A stretch of 61,603 nt of DNA, filler included, from Basidioascus undulatus (lineage: Eukaryota), in NCBI GenBank assembly GCA_000826855.1. It is 6 parts of 6 records of this genome, joined end to end, with 100 filler letters (N's around TTAATTAATTAA, not from the genome) between each part and the next. Parts side by side here need not be neighbours in the genome. Positions count along the whole stretch, not along the records: positions 51,426 to 61,603 come from JTLS01001170.1; 5 more parts are not named here. The stretch is one strand, 5' to 3'. How positions within the stretch are numbered: position 1 is the first letter of the stretch; every line of letters starts with the position of its first letter. Shown here piece after piece: positions 60,300-61,603 of the stretch. The translations under genes and the position numbers were made by a program. The notes beneath the pieces are model-generated. The model ran no database searches. It worked only from the letters and a program-made list of their open reading frames with translations, and was not told where the DNA came from.

Positions 60300-61603
60300 G
60301 TGTCCAGCTTCGACTCTTCTTGTGCTAATGTCGTACACGATTCCACTGCACAGCTGAGGACTGAAAGTCATTCAAGCGCTTTACCATGATGCTGTTAGCC
60401 TGCCTCATCTCCTGTATTTCCGCGTTCTGACCTCGCTCTACTCTTCTTGTCTTCTTGAGTATTGACATCATGCCGGCTGTCGCAACTGCAACCCGTACGA
60501 CTGCTCAGCTTGCTTCTGGAAGGTTGCATGAGCACCTTCTTCCACTTCAAATTTACTTCTCTTAACTGCTTTTCAGCGAGTAGCTATTTCCATTGAGTCC
60601 CTCTCTCAGATTGACTGAAGCATGCACATCTCCGAAATCAGCTTTCTTATTTACAGTCTCGCGTCGAGCTCCACGACGAATCCCCTCGAACACCTGTACA
60701 CACCCCTGATGGAACCTGCCGGTGCTTGAAAATACATTGTAATGGAGCGAGGGGTGAATGGTACATTCAGGACCGGAAGGACCGACAGTATACCACGGCG
60801 GGGTCCTCCCGCCCGCGAGCCCACACGTACTTGAGGCCGCTAGCCAGATGCACTGCAAGAGTTCCAATGCTACAACTTTCTCCCTGTTTTATTCTCCTCC
60901 ACAGCCATCTTCGAGAATAGTCTGTATTTGTCGCCACTTCCCAGTTGCACTGGTGTGTTTCTTCCAGCCCTAGCTCCCTGCACAGCTATCTGGGCTGCCG
61001 CCCCGATTTTTGTTTTGTTAGACGGTCTCTCCCTCACGGAAGGCGGGCTCTACTCCTCTGTGTACTGTTTACCCCGGCAGATGGGACAGGCACGCCGCAA
61101 TGCCTTCGACCCTCTGCGTTTGCGTGAATCGACCGGGTCTCCCCTCGTCGACCGAGCCCCCTCACCCGCCAATAACAGGAACCAGCCGGGTCAAAAGACA
61201 CGCAGACCACAGTGAGGTTCAAGCTGCATGCGAGCGAGCGGACTAACGTGCCGCGAGCGAGCGGGCAAAGTGGCAGGATGCGTGAGATACAGTGCCGTGC
61301 GATGGTGTGCTGTCCTCTGTGTGCAATGTGCGTACGAAATAAAAATAGAATGAAGCATGCGCGGCGCACCCCGCCCCTCAACCCAGTCCCCAGAACCCGC
61401 GCAATCCCTCTCGGCCGCCCCGGCCGCCCCGGCGGCCCCCGCCGTGCCGCTGGTGCGCGACCGGGTGCGCGGGCGGAGGCGGAGGTGGGTAGTGGGCAGG
61501 AGGGGGTTGATGGAGGAGGAACATGGGGTGTGTCTCGTTCGGTGGGGGGCTGCCGGGGCGGTTCGGTGGGTTGATGGTGGGCTGAAGCCCACCCTACAAG
61601 ACT

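Overview
Eukaryotic, intron-rich fungal DNA, most likely a basidiomycete (short introns with GTGCG/GTGAG donors, GC-rich exons, dual hybrid histidine kinase, GPI-type CE4 deacetylase). The window is not one contiguous locus. It is six contigs of about 10.2 kb joined by artificial 100-nt N-TTAATTAATTAA-N spacers, so synteny can only be read within a contig. Apparently intact genes: aldo-keto reductase, chitin deacetylase, acylphosphatase, GT32 glycosyltransferase, a divergent RPS13/RPS6 pair, and intron-containing tRNA-Met(CAT) and tRNA-Ser(AGA). Genes cut by contig ends: ATF/CREB bZIP, DNA polymerase kappa, TPA1/OFD1, HIBCH/EHD3 and a fungal-specific transcription factor. There are also two Hva1-TUDOR-like paralogs. 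Many accessory genes look decayed: an SDR, several F-box-like genes, a BTB gene, the histidine kinase and a small secreted Cys-rich protein. The most unusual observations are three. (1) A small secreted protein is built from a 29-30 aa repeat, with each repeat encoded by its own phase-2 exon. (2) A 310-bp solo LTR with a 5-bp TSD carries a spliceosomal intron and, next to it, a copy of the spliced exon junction. (3) The long first introns of both ribosomal protein genes hold long nested hairpins. All gene models were spliced by eye and no database searches were run.
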